Below are positions 39,112 to 52,931 of a stretch of 64,000 nt of DNA, piece by piece. The notes beneath the pieces were generated by a model. The model did no database searches, was not told the origin of the DNA, and was given only the letters and a program-made list of their open reading frames with translations. This DNA is from Paraphysomonas bandaiensis (lineage: Eukaryota > Protista > Chrysophyceae). The stretch is from the NCBI GenBank assembly GCA_965644295.1, contig CBFFRP010000432.1, positions 372,001 to 436,000 of the forward strand. The letters are read 5' to 3'. Made by a program: the position numbers and the translations under genes. Every line of letters starts with the position of its first letter. The first letter of the stretch is position 1.

Positions 39112-41669
39112 ATGAGTACAATGTCTTCTATCGTGGTCAAGAAGACAGGTACTCCTCCGGAGTATATCTTGCATGACTCTCTATATATACAGCAATACTC
39201 ACCTATTGCATTTGCGCTTAAACAAGATGGTATTGAGGGCATTCACGATAAACTATTGGCTAAATTGATATATGATATTCAAATGTTTATGGAGGTATGT
39301 GTGTTGCTGTGTGAGATAACTGCACTGATGTATCTGTAGAAGCGATTGGGTGTAACAGCCCCAATGCCGAGAAAACTTGTGCGCTTGCCTTGCAGTGTAT
39401 TCAAAGATTTCTCTGTTGGTGGTGCACTTTATATTTTCTTCAAAGCTGCTTTTCAACGAATGAGTCCTGAGAAGTGGAGAGGTTTCGATGTAATGAACCC
39501 TTCCAACTGCGACTTTATATATACGCTGTTGCAAGAAGTACAGAATTCCTTGGTGGATGTGAGTCTGCAATAGATGTAATTATGTTTACTTAACACGTCG
39601 TGCTACGCAGAGAAATTTTATCACATGGCCGAGAGTTCATTTTGCATCATCTTTGTCTGATGACTTGATAAAGGAATTAGAGAATATTGTGCGCTCGCAT
39701 AATGGCAGTGTGGTAAGTGATGTGAACGCAGCCAGTCACTTGGTGGAATGGGACGAGGAAGTTGATGGGAAGGAAATTGCCGAGGACTTCTACCGTCCTA
39801 TAGAAACCCGATTAAACAACGGTGTGGGAGCTGTTTTGGTTCATTGGTTTTACACACCTGACAGTTACGACGAATGGCTCCCATCGCAGGGATTGGAATG
39901 TCCAGAAGTGCAGAAGCCACCCCCTACAAGCCAACATAAACAATGGCGGGTGTGTTGTCAATTTTTGCGGGATGTTGCGAAGTATAATGAATGGGGAAAT
40001 GAAGTAGACTATGAGGTAGGCTCTGCGTTAGAAGTAGATCAAGCAAGTGTCGGTGGTATGAAGGTAGGCAAGTATAGAATGAACCCAAGTTCGACACAGA
40101 AGAAGCACGAGAATACTTTCACGGAGGAAAAGAAAGCTGTAATGCCGAGTCTTGCCCCGCCCACGGAGGATCCCAACTTTAGCTCTAGTGGGAGGGCCGC
40201 TGGAAATGTAAATGTAGTTGAAGTTTCTGGAAATCAATACACGATGAAGGAAGAGCAGCCTAGCGGGCAACAGCCGCCACTAACTGCAGAGCCAGATGTA
40301 GATAGGATATCGGCAGAGGTTAAGCATTCTGCTGAGCACAAGCAGCAACAAGATGCTGCACCTGAAATGGAGGCTGATGGCACTTCGATGGAGGTAGAGG
40401 AAGGCGCTGGGAGAGTACCGTCATCAGAATCAGCACAAGAGAATTCTTCAGCAGCGGGTCCAGTGAAGCGCAAGGACCGGGATGAGGATGATTCAGAGAG
40501 CCCCATTCAAAAACGAAAGCGAGATTTAATGACGACAAATAGCCCCGAAAATATCGCCCCTGTTCTGCCTTCCTGGATGAGTATGGATGCTATCAGTGCA
40601 GTGGAGCGCCGATATTTACCGGAACTGTTCTATGGCGCATCGCAGTCTAGTTCTAAGAACTACCCTGATGAAGGCACCGATGAAACTGTAGACGTTCGGT
40701 ACCTTCGTGTTAGAAATTGTATTATAGAACTCCACAACCAGCAACCGGAGGTGTACATATCGGCAACGGAATGTAGACAAAAAGTGGCCGGTGATACTGC
40801 ACTGGTTATTCGAACTCACGAGTTTTTGGATGCATTTGGAGTAATAAATACGAACTCCTCTATAAAGCCCACAACTCGCCCCCCAAAGTGTCCTGCTTTT
40901 TTCTTCAGGAGTCCTCCGGCAGCAGAGGTGGAATCTCATAATACTGCATTTAAAACAGCCGCAACGTCATCAGGTGGACAGGAAAGTGTGAAAACAATAC
41001 AGTGGAGTCATCAGGCGGACGCCGCATTAGTAGCCGCCGTGTCTGCTCTATGCCCAGAGGACTCAAAGAAATGTGACATTGACTGGGATTGTGTGTGTGA
41101 GGCAGTAAAGCGTGACACCGATATGGCCGTTCCACTTTCCCCAGATATATGTTTTAAGCGTTTCGTGGAGATATCTATACTGTGTGACTCTGGAGAAGGT
41201 AGCGGTGGAACACGGGAAGGGGTTGTTCCTAAAAAAGTGAAGGAGCTTGCAACATTAGTAGCAACTGAGTGTTCGGCTTATATTGACTGCGATGCTGCGT
41301 CGTCCGCAGTTCGGGCGGTCGCTGGAGTTATGCAAGAAGGAGCTGGAAGTGTGCTTAAAACAGCTCATGCTGTGGGCGGCGGTGCTGCACTCGTATCAGC
41401 AGCCGCTAAACTAGCTGCTGGCACAAAAGAAAGCTCCATTGAAGACATTCTAGACGATTACTTATCTGTACGAATGCTTGCATTAGAAGAGAAGGTACGA
41501 ATTTGAGTTCTTGTAACGAAACGCGTAGTAATTGATATCTTAGATGCAGGTAATGTCGTCAATTGAAAAAGCGCTAGAGATTGAAAGAGAACGAGTTGAG
41601 CTAGATAGGCACGACTTGCAGGTGCAAAGAGCGCGAATTGCGTTTATTCAATCACATTTTCTACAATAA
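39112..41669 (+). CDS. SMARCC: SWI/SNF core subunit SWI3/SMARCC-like (N-terminal module, SWIRM, SANT-like, coiled coil)
   Basis: LVHWFYTPDSYDEW and YNEWGNEVDYE (SMARCC N-terminal signatures); SWIRM LPSW..ERRYLPELF..YLRVRN..HEFLDAFGVIN; C-terminal LEIERERVE. Confidence 0.85.
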
Positions 41670-42761
41670 GCACTGGTGTCGTTATTAAGTAATTGTACAA
41701 GTTTTGAATGGGTGTCATCGTGTGCAGCTGGAAATATGCGTCTTACTAATTAATACATGAATTATCGATTACTGTCGAAGCTATAAGCGTTCTGTATTGC
41801 GATGTGGTAGCTATTTTCTTCAGCAATAAAAAACGGAATGGGAGTAAGAGGAGGTTTCATGATTTTATATAATGAAGACCAAAGGGATCGAAGAACGAAT
41901 CAGAAGAACTATAGAATTTAGATATATTGAACTCTGATAGAGTGGTGACTCGTTATTAGCAAAAAAAGTGGCACATTCTTGCAGTTGAGTAATAGCTTGC
42001 AAAGTCAAGAACTATATCCCATTAATATATATTTTCCAGTTCAAAGTTAATCTTTAATTAGTTATTTCAGCATTTATTGTATTAGTATCTTGTATCTGTA
42101 GTGGCAAGCCAATTCGTATGAAGCAACGTACTATAACAGTTGCAAGTGTGGCTGTAGATAACAAGCAACAACATCAATGAATTAGGGAATAAAAGAGAAT
42201 TAAGAATTACAAACAATATACGGACTAGACTTTAGACCACTAGGCAACGTTGGAAAAATGTTAACTTCTGGTTACGCCTGCTATTCGCTTCGTCTAGTAT
42301 TCATTTCAAAATAGTTCTGATAGGGTAGTCTTGCTGTTTTCTACGAATATATTAATGCCAGCTATCTAATATTTAATATTCTATAATTTATTCTATCGCT
42401 ATGACGTCCAAATAACAACAACAACAGTTTTAGATTTCAATCACATATGTAACGCTATGCACTCTAATAGTATAGATAATTTATTCTTCGAAGATTATTA
42501 ATGATGAAAGAAGTCGATATATTTTACGGAGAATGAATTAGCATGCTGAAGATGCTCTACAGGCTGTGTATATATATAGCGAGAGCGCCTCATAGAACTG
42601 TCAATAATTTCCAAATAAATCAATAGAGGGGGAAACAATATTGTTATTAAGGATGATACTGTAGTCTATCATTCATTTCTATAGTTCTTACTTGCTATAT
42701 ATATACATACATATATGGGCTCATCTATGGCTATTCTCCCTCTAGTTAGGGTTTCCTTATA

Positions 42762-43204
42762 CGGAGCTCGTCGAAAAAAGCAAAAAGGCCCAGCTCTCGG
42801 CGCCGAGCGTATTTTGCAAATATGTCACCTTATACAAAAAAGAGTTAAAAGGCTTTTCTCTCAGCGCCGAGCGTCTATATAAACCAATGGAACTAAATGC
42901 TAAGGAAAGCCATGGCTCGATACCGATGTTCTCATAACAATCACCTTTCTCAATTAATTGTTGATATCTTGACATCACGATGGAATGGCTACTCAATGGT
43001 CTGTTATCTGTTACAGTATACATATGCACCAAATTAAAGGGTGTCATGTTGGGTCGATTTCTTTCTTCAGTCTGTATAAGGCCGTATTCTTGGACGCCTG
43101 GCGGTGAGAGAAAAGCCTTTTGACTCTTTTTTGTATAGCTAAGGTGACATATTTGCAAAATACAAAATACGCCGACCTTTTTGCTTTTTTTTCGACGAGC
43201 TCCG
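42762..43204. mobile_element. Tc1/mariner-type MITE, 443 bp, long imperfect TIRs
   Basis: TIR CGGAGCTCGTCGAAAAAA..GCAAAAAGG..TTTTGCAAATATGTCACCTT..AAAAGGCTTTTCTCTCA (~110 bp) at both ends, flanked by TA (42760-61 and 43205-06). Confidence 0.85.
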
Positions 43205-43485
43205 TACACTGTATACCTGGTATATCTCTACTCACTGATATTTTGTCTAAAAAAACTTATTTTCAGTGGAATTTTTTGTAGATATTTCAAGCTTTTTGCT
43301 TGTTTTTTCCTTCAGCAACACAAAAAAGGGTAATATGTTGTGTAAAATGCTGTGTAATATCATATAGCATATACAGCAGTATGTATGGATGTGTACGTGT
43401 ACAGCCATATGGAGGCTTATATGTACTGTACATGACAATAAGTTAACTTAAAGCTTATAGCAGTGTCTATAACAATTCTATTACT

Positions 43486-44708
43486 ATGTTCTTCCATATA
43501 TCTGATATTATACTGTCATCAATACCCTTCTGTCTATTCTTTTCCATTGCTCTTGGATTCTACCCTATATCAAATGAGAAACGCGGTAGATTATGGTTCT
43601 ATATCGCGTCTATAGTCCTCGGCGTGTCCATCAAAGTGGTATGTATGATAAGTAATTTGATTCTATGTAATTGGTATTTTAGGTCATAGATTTGAATACG
43701 CTCCCTACCAGCCTGTACACTGTGTTAGGGGTAGCACCAACTGCGTCTGTATTTGACATTAGAAGAGCTTTCAAGGAATTATCGTTACTCTATCACCCGG
43801 ATAAGAGTCCCAGTGAGAATTCTCAATCCCACTATTATGCTATTCGATATGCTTATGATGTAAGAGGATTGTGAATATATGATATGTTTTCCAATTCACT
43901 TATCTCCCAGTAGTACGTACAAATGAGCAATTGTTACTTCTATTGTAGTATCATCTTTATGTGTTGCTTTCCATCATTTAACTGTTGGTGCAGCAACTTG
44001 TTGATGACTCCAAGCGAGATTGCTATGATCGATTTGGCGCCATAGGTCTTGTTTCCGATCCAAGAAATGACGAAATAGACCTTTTGTTCAGTATTGCCAT
44101 CATTTATATATATTGGATAGTTGTATTGCTGCTAGTTACATCTCCAAGTAGCTCTCGATCTGCTCGAACTCCCCTGATAGTGGTGCTTTTGGTCATGCTG
44201 GTTTTAGAAGTCACTCTCAGGACCACTAGCACCAGGATATCTGACCTCCTTCCTTTGTCTATCACTGAACACGAACTGCTGGTGTACGCTCATATGTGCT
44301 TTCCAGGTCTGTTGCTAATTATCAAGTGTGTGATGGACTACTACTACTTGGATGTGGACAAGTATGCTTTACAGTTCGCGAAGACTTCTTCGAAGAACAA
44401 TAAGGTGAGCCATATAAATGATATCTTCCGCAACCAATATTGTTGCGGATACACAGGAGATGTTGACGCTGATGCGGGAGACTGCGTCGTTGTTACCTGT
44501 CGTGGAGAACGATGCTTCCACAAGTAGTGAAACACAGAATGTGCGGACCAATCTGATGGCTATCTCAGAACGAATACAGGAGAATGATAGAGAAGCCGCG
44601 AGACTAGTAGCTGCATTGGAATCAGCTGCCAAGTCTTCCAGTAGTGGCAGTTACCTCTGGGTACTTTTTATTATAGTCTACCTTGCATATTCAATAGGAT
44701 CGGAATAG
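43486..44708 (+). CDS. Membrane-anchored DnaJ-domain protein, multi-exon
   Basis: LYTVLGV..IRRAFKELSLLYHPDK..YDRFG J-domain with several TM segments. Confidence 0.8.
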
Positions 44709-45301
44709 ATGTGTTAGAAATCTGCCTTCTTTTACAATTGTATTGTGTAGATTACCTATGCGTAAAATGCAATTGTATTACTAATGATGGTAGAGCTTGT
44801 TGAGAAAGTATTACGAAAATGGCAGTAGGATTCCTTTGCAGTTAGATTCGTTATTCTACACAGCAGTCGTGTGTATTTTCACTGGCGATTCAAATTTCGT
44901 AACAATATGCTGTTCGTCTGCAAATTAGGTACTACATATCATACATCAAACAAACAGATTCTGCCAATATGATGCAGCGAATTTTTTGTAAACGAATTGG
45001 AAGTATATCTCCAAATTAACTCATGTATCACACTAGTCATAGATCGCCTAGTTTAGAGTTTAGCACAGAAGGTGCTAAAAGTTCTTAACTTGCAGAAGTA
45101 ATTATAATTACCTATGAGTAAATTGACTAGCTGGTGCTTTTCTGCATACGCTATACCACATACATGTACGCGATATACTTCCTATACGAAGCGGCGGGTC
45201 ACAAGAGCATCTCATTAAAATCTACCGCGGCTGAAGTGAACCAACACATATGCTCTGAACCACCTAATATACCAGTGAATATTTCCAATCCTGAAGACAT
45301 A

Positions 45302-46624
45302 TCAAATTAGGTCTGCAACATTCATAGGCATCTCATCAATCTGGGTCGAATAATACTGCTCAATATCACGTAAAATTCGGACATCATCATTCTTGACGAA
45401 ATTGATGGCAACACCCTTGCGACCAAATCGACCGGACCGTCCAATGCGGTGGATGTAGAGTTCTCTATAGTTTTAAGGTGTTATTACATGAATACAAGGG
45501 TACTAGATGTTACCTATTGTTCGGCAGATCATAATTGATGACGAGTGATACTTGCTGTACATCCAGTCCTCTTCCCCACACATCTGTCGCGATAAGTACG
45601 CGTGATCCGCCAGAACGGAATTCCTCCATAATTGCCTCACGCTCCTGCTGAGGCATATCACCATGCATAGCAGACACTGTAAAGTTTGCATCTCGCATTT
45701 TGGCCGCCAGCCAATCAACCTTTCGCTTTGTGTTACAAAATATGACAGCCTGAGTGATTGTCAATGTATCATACAAATCACACAATGTGTCAAACTTCCA
45801 CTCCTCGCGCTCAACAGCTACAAAAAACTGCTTGATACCCTCAAGAGTTAATTCGTCGCGCTTTACAAGCACCCGCACGGGCTCATTCATAAATTTATTG
45901 GTCATATCCAGAACCTCTTGTGGAAGGGTTGCAGATACTAGAACTACTTGCGTCGATGGGGGAAGGTACCTGCAATTCATGCGTTAACAGCACGTAAATC
46001 CATCTCAATTTTAGAAACCTGTAAATATCATATATCTGATCTTTGAACCCACGATTGAGCATTTCGTCTGCCTCGTCAATGACCAACATCTTGATACCAC
46101 GGGTGCGCAAATTTCGTCTTTTAATCATGTCGTACACGCGGCCAGGCGTTCCAGAGACAACTTGCACTCCATAATCCAACCTCCTAATATCTTCACCAAT
46201 ACTTTTTCCACCAATGCATGCGTGACACTGAACATTCATGAAGTCACCAATTGCAAGAACAACTTTTTGAGTTTGTTCGGCCAACTCACGCGTTGGAGAA
46301 AGAATTAGCGCTTGGGTTTCATTGGAAGTTGAATTAATACTCTGAAGCACACCAATGGAAAAAACAGCCGTTTTTCCTGTTCCAGATTGTGATTGCGCAA
46401 TTACATCCCTTCCTTGTATAATAGGTTTGATTGCTCGCTGCTGGATAGCGGATGGTCTCTCGAAGCCTGCCACGCACATAAGGACAATCTATACCAATAC
46501 ATATATAGACAGTTATACCATAAGCATATATTCCCCGGAGTAAATCTTCCTTGAGTCCCATCGTATCAAAAGATGAAAGAATCTCAACATCTTCTGTTTG
46601 GGTAAACTCAATTTGCCCGTCCAT
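45302..46624 (-). CDS. EIF4A3: Eukaryotic initiation factor 4A-III (exon junction complex DEAD-box helicase)
   Basis: [33 protein letters not shown]; eIF4A3-specific [23 protein letters not shown]. Confidence 0.96.
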
Positions 46625-47205
46625 ATCATAATCTGATATTATATATATATAATGTCCCGTATATACACTATCAAAATGATAAGCTTACCAATTTTCTCTC
46701 TTGTTGACATCTCAAATCAACTGTCCTATCTTAACTTATGTCTTCGTTGATGCTGATCACCTGTTGATGACAATAGTATGGAATATACTGTATGTCTGTC
46801 TATGTTTCTCTAAGTAATTCATGGGGTTTGTGTTGCATGCACACACTGCCGAATGCACTATACATTATTGTGATGTATGTTTTTTTTTTCGAGATGAAAA
46901 AAAAAAGAAAAAAATAGGCATTTTATAGTATATAAATATCGTATATATGAGAAAACAAATACAGGATGGTTGGTCAACACCACACTCTATAATGGGATGT
47001 AATGATTGGTCGAGAGCGATGTTAAGCCTATAATTATACATGTACTATACATAATACATACACACAGCAGTATCAAGTTTCCAGCTATAAAAAATAGAAA
47101 CTTAGAAATTGGATATCAGAATCAGTTGATAGCATTAACCCACAAGACCTCAGCCACCATATAATAACATAAAGTCATCTTCTGTTCACAATCGCCTACA
47201 ATTCA

Positions 47206-47898
47206 ATGAATGGTATAAAGAAACCTAATGTAAGATATTATTCGATAAGCAAGTTGATGATTATCATCATATGATGTGGTAGGTGTTGGTCACTGGCACT
47301 CCAGGCACCGGTAAATTATATATAATATAATTATTTACCACATATAATACCTTAAAAGGAAAAAGCGCTTTTTGTGAAGCTGCTGTTGAAAGTTTGGATC
47401 TTAAATTAGTTGATGTTACTGAGGTGTGTGTCTATAGTTATTCCCAACACATGTTGTCATTTTCTTCTGCGGTCCTGTGTGCTTTAGTTAGTTAAAAATC
47501 ACGAATGCCATGAAGGTAGAGATGAAGCATTCGACACCCTAGTATTGGATGAAGATAAGCTCTTAGATGTTATGGAACCGATTATGTCCGAAGGAGGGAA
47601 TATCGTCGACTATCACTCGTGTGATTTCTTCCCTGAGCGCTGGTTTCAGTTAGTGTTGGTTTTAACGGCTGATACAGAAGTCCTCTTCGATAGATTGCAG
47701 GCTCGAGGATATTCAAAGAAAAAGATGGATGAGAATATGGAATGTGAAATAATGCAGGTCGTTACAGAGTCTGCAAGAGAGAGCTATGACGCAGAAATTG
47801 TTCATTGCCTCAGCAGCAATACCCTAGACGATATGGAAAGTAATGTTGCTAGACTGAAATCTTGGTATGCTTCTTGGATGGCGCAAAATGAAGCTTAG
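47206..47898 (+). CDS. AK6: Adenylate kinase isoenzyme 6 (Fap7/CINAP), three introns
   Basis: VLVTGTPGTGK, DEDKLLD, VDYHSCDFFPERWF, ENMECEIMQV. Confidence 0.94.
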
Positions 47899-48240
47899 AG
47901 CGCATGAAACACATGTGATATATTAGTTACCTCACAGCTATCATTGTAGTAGTAGATTGTGGGCAATAAAGGTCGTAAAGTGCAAATGACTAATAATGAA
48001 CTAGATGCAATTATTAGAAGAGGTAAATAGTGTTTCATGGTGACCAGTGTGAAAAACATGAATATAGGATAGAATCGATTTATTGTTTATTGTAATACAC
48101 ATCACACTATTTTATAGAAATGGTGTTACATGTTGTGCTATGAGTACGTTTTGTGTTTAAGGTGTGAGTGAGGACTACATACATACACACGTTGTGTCCG
48201 TTGGTGTGGTCTTGGACGGAAGCATACATACTTCTTCTCC

Positions 48241-49102
48241 ATGCAGTCTCTCAATACGATGAAGCGTGTTGCTATGGAGGTCATTGATTTGACTTCAGAT
48301 CAACCTAGTATCTTTAAGGGTCACTATGAAGTATCCACATGTATGTCGTATCACTCGACCCGTGGACAGAGATATGTATATGTTACCAGTCATAGTCACA
48401 ATACTCACAACCCACCCCTGAAGAGGAGGAGAATGGCTGGACGTAGACGTAGAGCAGAGGATAGGCCTGACGATAGACGATAGAGATCGACAAGTGGCAA
48501 ATGTGTTTGCGAATGCAGTGTTATCAGATTTATCGCATGCGGATGTCAATGCGTTACACCGCATGATAAACACACAGAAAACTCAAATCATACTATCAGA
48601 CACCTCCAGGTTCACTGATCTGTCAGATACCATAAAGGGTGCAGTACGAATGAGTATGTGGGATCAACATGTTTTGTTGTTATTATATCCTGATACTTTC
48701 AGATATTTGTAATTCATGTCCACACGCGTCAGATGAGTTGATAGCACTCATTTTCACAAAAGTAGAACACCAATGTAATATAGAAGCCGATTATATGATA
48801 GCATCTAATGCTATTGCTCCTCTTCATACGGTATTTTCCATATTATTATCATAACATTCTTTGCTATAATACAACGCATGCAAGATGACATAGGAGCGTT
48901 GCAGCATAGCGTGACCGAGTAGGAACGTAACCTAGAGGACATGCGTAATGATATGCAACGTCACAGAGAGGAGGTGCGTAATTGTATGGGAGAAATGCGA
49001 AATGATATGCAACGTAACATGGAGGAGATATTACGAATACTACCATAAGCCATTAGTAAATGTCGGTTATTCGCAAATGACAGCATCAATAATTGCAAGT
49101 CA
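48241..49102 (+). pseudogene. Unknown ORF-bearing segment, left copy (23-bp deletion relative to the right copy)
   Basis: Short ORFs MQSLNTMKRVAMEVIDLT.. with intron-like breaks. No recognisable family and no complete gene model could be built. Confidence 0.3.
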
Positions 49103-49190
49103 CTTATTGCTTGGTATGATAGGGTTTATCAAGATGCATTTATTTGATATCTTTAAGCTTAGAAGTAAGTAACAGAACATGTAATTAACT

Positions 49191-50075
49191 TGACTTACAA
49201 TTATTGATGCTGTCATTTGCGAATAACCGACATTTACTAATGGCTTATGGTAGTATTCGTAATATCTCCTCCATGTTACGTTGCATATCATTTCGCATTT
49301 CTCCCATACAATTACGCACCTCCTCTCTGTGACGTTGCATATCATTACGCATGTCCTCTAGGTTACGTTCCTACTCAGTCACGCTATGCTGCAACGCTCC
49401 TATGTCATCTTGCATGCGTTGTATCTGAGGTCAACATGAGCTTGTATTATAGCAAAGAATGTTATGACAATAATATGGAAAATACCGTATGAAGAGGAGC
49501 AATAGCATTGGATGCTATCATATAATCGGCTTCTATATTACATTGGTGTTCTACTTTTGTGAAAATGAGTGCTATCAACTCATCTGACGCGTGTGGACAT
49601 GAATTACAAATATCTGAAAGTATCAGGATATAATAACAACAAAACATGTTGATCCCACATACTCATTCGTACTGCACCCTTTATGGTATCTGACAGATCA
49701 GTGAACCTGGAGGTGTCTGATAGTATGATTTGAGTTTTCTGTGTGTTTATCATGCGGTGTAACGCATTGACATCCGCATGCGATAAATCTGATAACACTG
49801 CATTCGCAAACTCATTTGCCACTTGTCGATCTCTATCGTCTATCGTCAGGCCTATCCTCTGCTCTACGTCTACGTCCAGCCATTCTCCTCCTCTTCAGGG
49901 GTGGGTTGTGTGTATTGTGACTATGACTGGTAACATATACATATCTCTGTCCACAGGTCGAGTGATACGACATACATGTGGATACTTCATAGTGACCCTT
50001 AAAGATACTAGGTTGATCTGAAGTCAAATCAATGACCTCCATAGCAACACGCTTCATTGTATTGAGAGACTGCAT
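49191..50075 (-). pseudogene. Unknown ORF-bearing segment, right copy
   Basis: Reverse-complement copy of 48241..49102. The ATG lies ~50 bp from the long TACA array. Confidence 0.3.
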
Positions 50076-50125
50076 GGAGAAGAAGTATGTATGCTTCCGT
50101 CCAAGATCACTCCAACGGACACGAC

Positions 50126-50259
50126 TGTATGTATGTATGTATGTATGTATGTATGTATGTATGTATGTATGTATGTATGTATGTATGTATGTATGTATGT
50201 ATGTATGTATGTATGTATGTATGTATGTATGTATGTATGTATGTATGTATGTATGTATG
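50126..50259 (+). repeat. (TATG)n microsatellite, ~33 units
   Basis: Seen directly; it abuts the outer end of the right arm of the inverted duplication. Confidence 0.99.
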
Positions 50260-51178
50260 AATGTAGGTAGGTATGTGTGCTTTCACGCAAAAAATGGCAC
50301 TTTTTTATACTTAAACCCCTATAATACTGTACGTAGAATACAATGAAATAGAGATAAGATACGATTGTTGTGGTGTATGTATCTTCCGTAAGATCATGTG
50401 GCGTATTAAACACTTCGACCTATGAGTGACATAAGCGACACAAAGTCACACAGAGACACTACTGAAAGGTTTGAATCACCCCCCAAATCAAGAGGAAGTG
50501 GTCGTAGTAATCCTGTCTGGATGCTCTAGTTTATAATAGAGATGTCATAACATATGCCAAACAAATGTGGCATAGCCCAGGTAGACCCATCATACTTTAA
50601 CCGCTGTGCTCTTTTCCTTCATAAAGTAATGAATATTGCTAGCTGGGAAGTTTATTAGTGTCACAAGACAGTCAACCATTCTGACAAGGTAAACATACAC
50701 TTGTCGAAATAGCAAGCGGAAAAGTAAGTTGTAATAATACAACAATAATTGGCATAAGCGTGTATAGATATGAAAGATAATATTTTACTTGATGTAAACT
50801 CATGTTTAGGAAATTTAATGTCGAATGAAATTCAAACACTACATGGAATTAAAACAGGTAAAGCAATACAGCATCAACTAGAAACACTAGAGGCAAGATT
50901 TTGTCAACATTCCATATTTACAAAGTGATGTACCAACACTAGTGCAACATTGTCAATGATAATGATTGGTATCAAGATGGTAGTTGCAGACACAAATATA
51001 CACCTCCATCAGTAAGTGTTGAAATACTTTTTAGTGTGCTGGATATAAATGATAATCATGTATTACCTGTTCATAAGACATAAGGTAAAACAAAGCACAC
51101 AGCAGTTTTGTACTGTGATTTGTACAACGCAATCCGTATATTCAGCAAGCCAGTCCATTGTTGTCAGTATATATGTTA

Positions 51179-51357
51179 TATTGAAAGTCTGTTTATTAGC
51201 AATAGGCGTTAAGTATCTGCCCCAATTTAGTAGCTAGAAGAATGCTAGCCAGACTAGTTAGACTTCTATCTGTAACTAACCAGGTCGAACGCCTATTGAC
51301 GCTACGGAAGCTGCTTGTTCGTTGCCTCAAGCACCTTCGTGCAACCACTTCCGTTAG
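51179..51357 (-). mobile_element. Core-only copy (179 bp) of the GACTTTCAATA-ended retroposon family
   Basis: Homologous to 61595.. and 62627... Candidate TSD ATATGTTA (51171-51178 and 51358-51365). Confidence 0.8.
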
Positions 51358-52451
51358 ATATGTTATAACATTATGTGGAATACGATATGCATCCACCTCC
51401 AACCTACGACAGCACCTTCATCTTGAACAATGATATATGTAGCTTCAGTCATACTTACAGGACACACCAGATGAGATAATTACGAGTACAGTGTTAGGAG
51501 TCATATTGTCTTTAGGCTCTTTATTGGTTGTGTCGTAAGTGGAGTCCCTGTGTAGTATATAGATTGCATATTTCTAATACCTATTCAGAATTTATTAATT
51601 CGACCTGTCGTCATATCGTAGTATGTAATATGTCGTTCTGCTACTCTATATCCCTGTACCACATACATATACTCTCACCACTCCCACAACTGGTCCACAA
51701 TCTTATATTAACCATATGATGACTTCCTCTGTAAGGGTAACATATGAATAATATAAGAGTGTGGACCACTTGTAGTGTTACAGTCTTCTAACGGATACAT
51801 ACGCTTATTCTCCTACAGAATCATCAATAGCACACTGAAACATCCATAAAAATAACATATTCAGAAGCGCATTAGTGGTGTACACTTCTAGTGCAGTTAT
51901 ATTACTATTCATGGTACTCCATACGGTCTATAGTATAGACCATTAATGCCATTACCATTAACGGTTACCAGGCCCTGGTCTATACATATATATATGTATG
52001 GTTGTTCTATATATATACGTGTATCTGCTGAGGCATTATTCATATAATAATCTTATGGGTGTTTCTTCTCATCAGGAGCATACATGCACTATACATCTAT
52101 ACATTACCCCATATTTACAGCGTAACTACTAATCACCGCATTTGACCGTCTGGTGAGCGAGTGTTGCGGCTGCGCACCTCTACCAATGCACACATTGCTT
52201 AGTTCAGCCCTTCCCCACCTTTGTTCTCACTGCATATTCAGCGCTAAAAACTGTGTGATAATGATGTAGCTAGTAGTTGGTTTTAGTAGGTAGCTAGCTA
52301 ATAACATATGGGACTTAATCAAGTATTAGTCAGACCCCCACACGGCCCCCACCCGAATCTACCTAAGTATGCTCTCAAAATAGAGCAATCAAGCACTCGC
52401 TAGAAAAGATTTTCGCATGAAGTTGCGTAGTACTAAATAGTGGTATATTCC

Positions 52452-52931
52452 TTATACGTTTTTCTTGGTGTTCACTGAATACAATGCATTGTAAACTTTT
52501 AGTACAACAAGAACCATAGATAATACGTAAGGTAGCTCCACTGATAAGTATGGGACAAGATTCTGAGGAGGTAAACTTGAAGTAAATTCCATGTAATGAT
52601 AGAACAATATGGCATTCATCTTCGCACCAACAAATAATAGCAGAGGTACAGCAAATCGCTTCCAAGAGTTAGTTACTGCGGCGACAGTAGTGAGAGTGTA
52701 GCCAATAGACAAGATATAGGCAGATGCACAAGTCGCAACTACCATCCATTCAGGACGAGCAAGAAAAAGCCTATTATTCTCTGAGCAAAACGATATCGTC
52801 TCTTGTATTAAAAATCGGTTATCTCCATCTTCAAATGGACCTTCACAGTAACACCGCTCTACTGTTAAGTTCATTGTGAGAAAATAACATTGCAATGCAA
52901 TTATCACAAAATCAGTAATAGAATATGCCAT
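52452..52931 (-). CDS. EXPERA/EBP-like multi-pass ER membrane protein
   Basis: Four hydrophobic segments, N..FLARPEW, ELPY, C-terminal KKNV (KKxx ER retrieval signal). Start placed at MAYS. Confidence 0.6.
   Translation of the reverse strand: MAYSITDFVIIALQCYFLTMNLTVERCYCEGPFEDGDNRFLIQETISFCSENNRLFLARPEWMVVATCASAYILSIGYTLTTVAAVTNSWKRFAVPLLLFVGAKMNAILFYHYMEFTSSLPPQNLVPYLSVELPYVLSMVLVVLKVYNALYSVNTKKNV

Larger units (their letters stand above)
48176..50135. repeat. Tail-to-tail inverted duplication: arms ~48176..49102 and 49191..~50135, 88-bp spacer
   Basis: ORF pairs sum to 98316 (outer part) and 98293 (inner part). About 11 substitutions plus a 23-bp indel between ATACAA microhomologies. Confidence 0.95.

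Noticed and set aside
52130-52360. GC-richer intergenic patch, and GGCCCC(C)ACCCGAA shared with ~999-1011
   Set aside because: No tRNA cloverleaf or snRNA signature recognised, and the match is too short to define a repeat.
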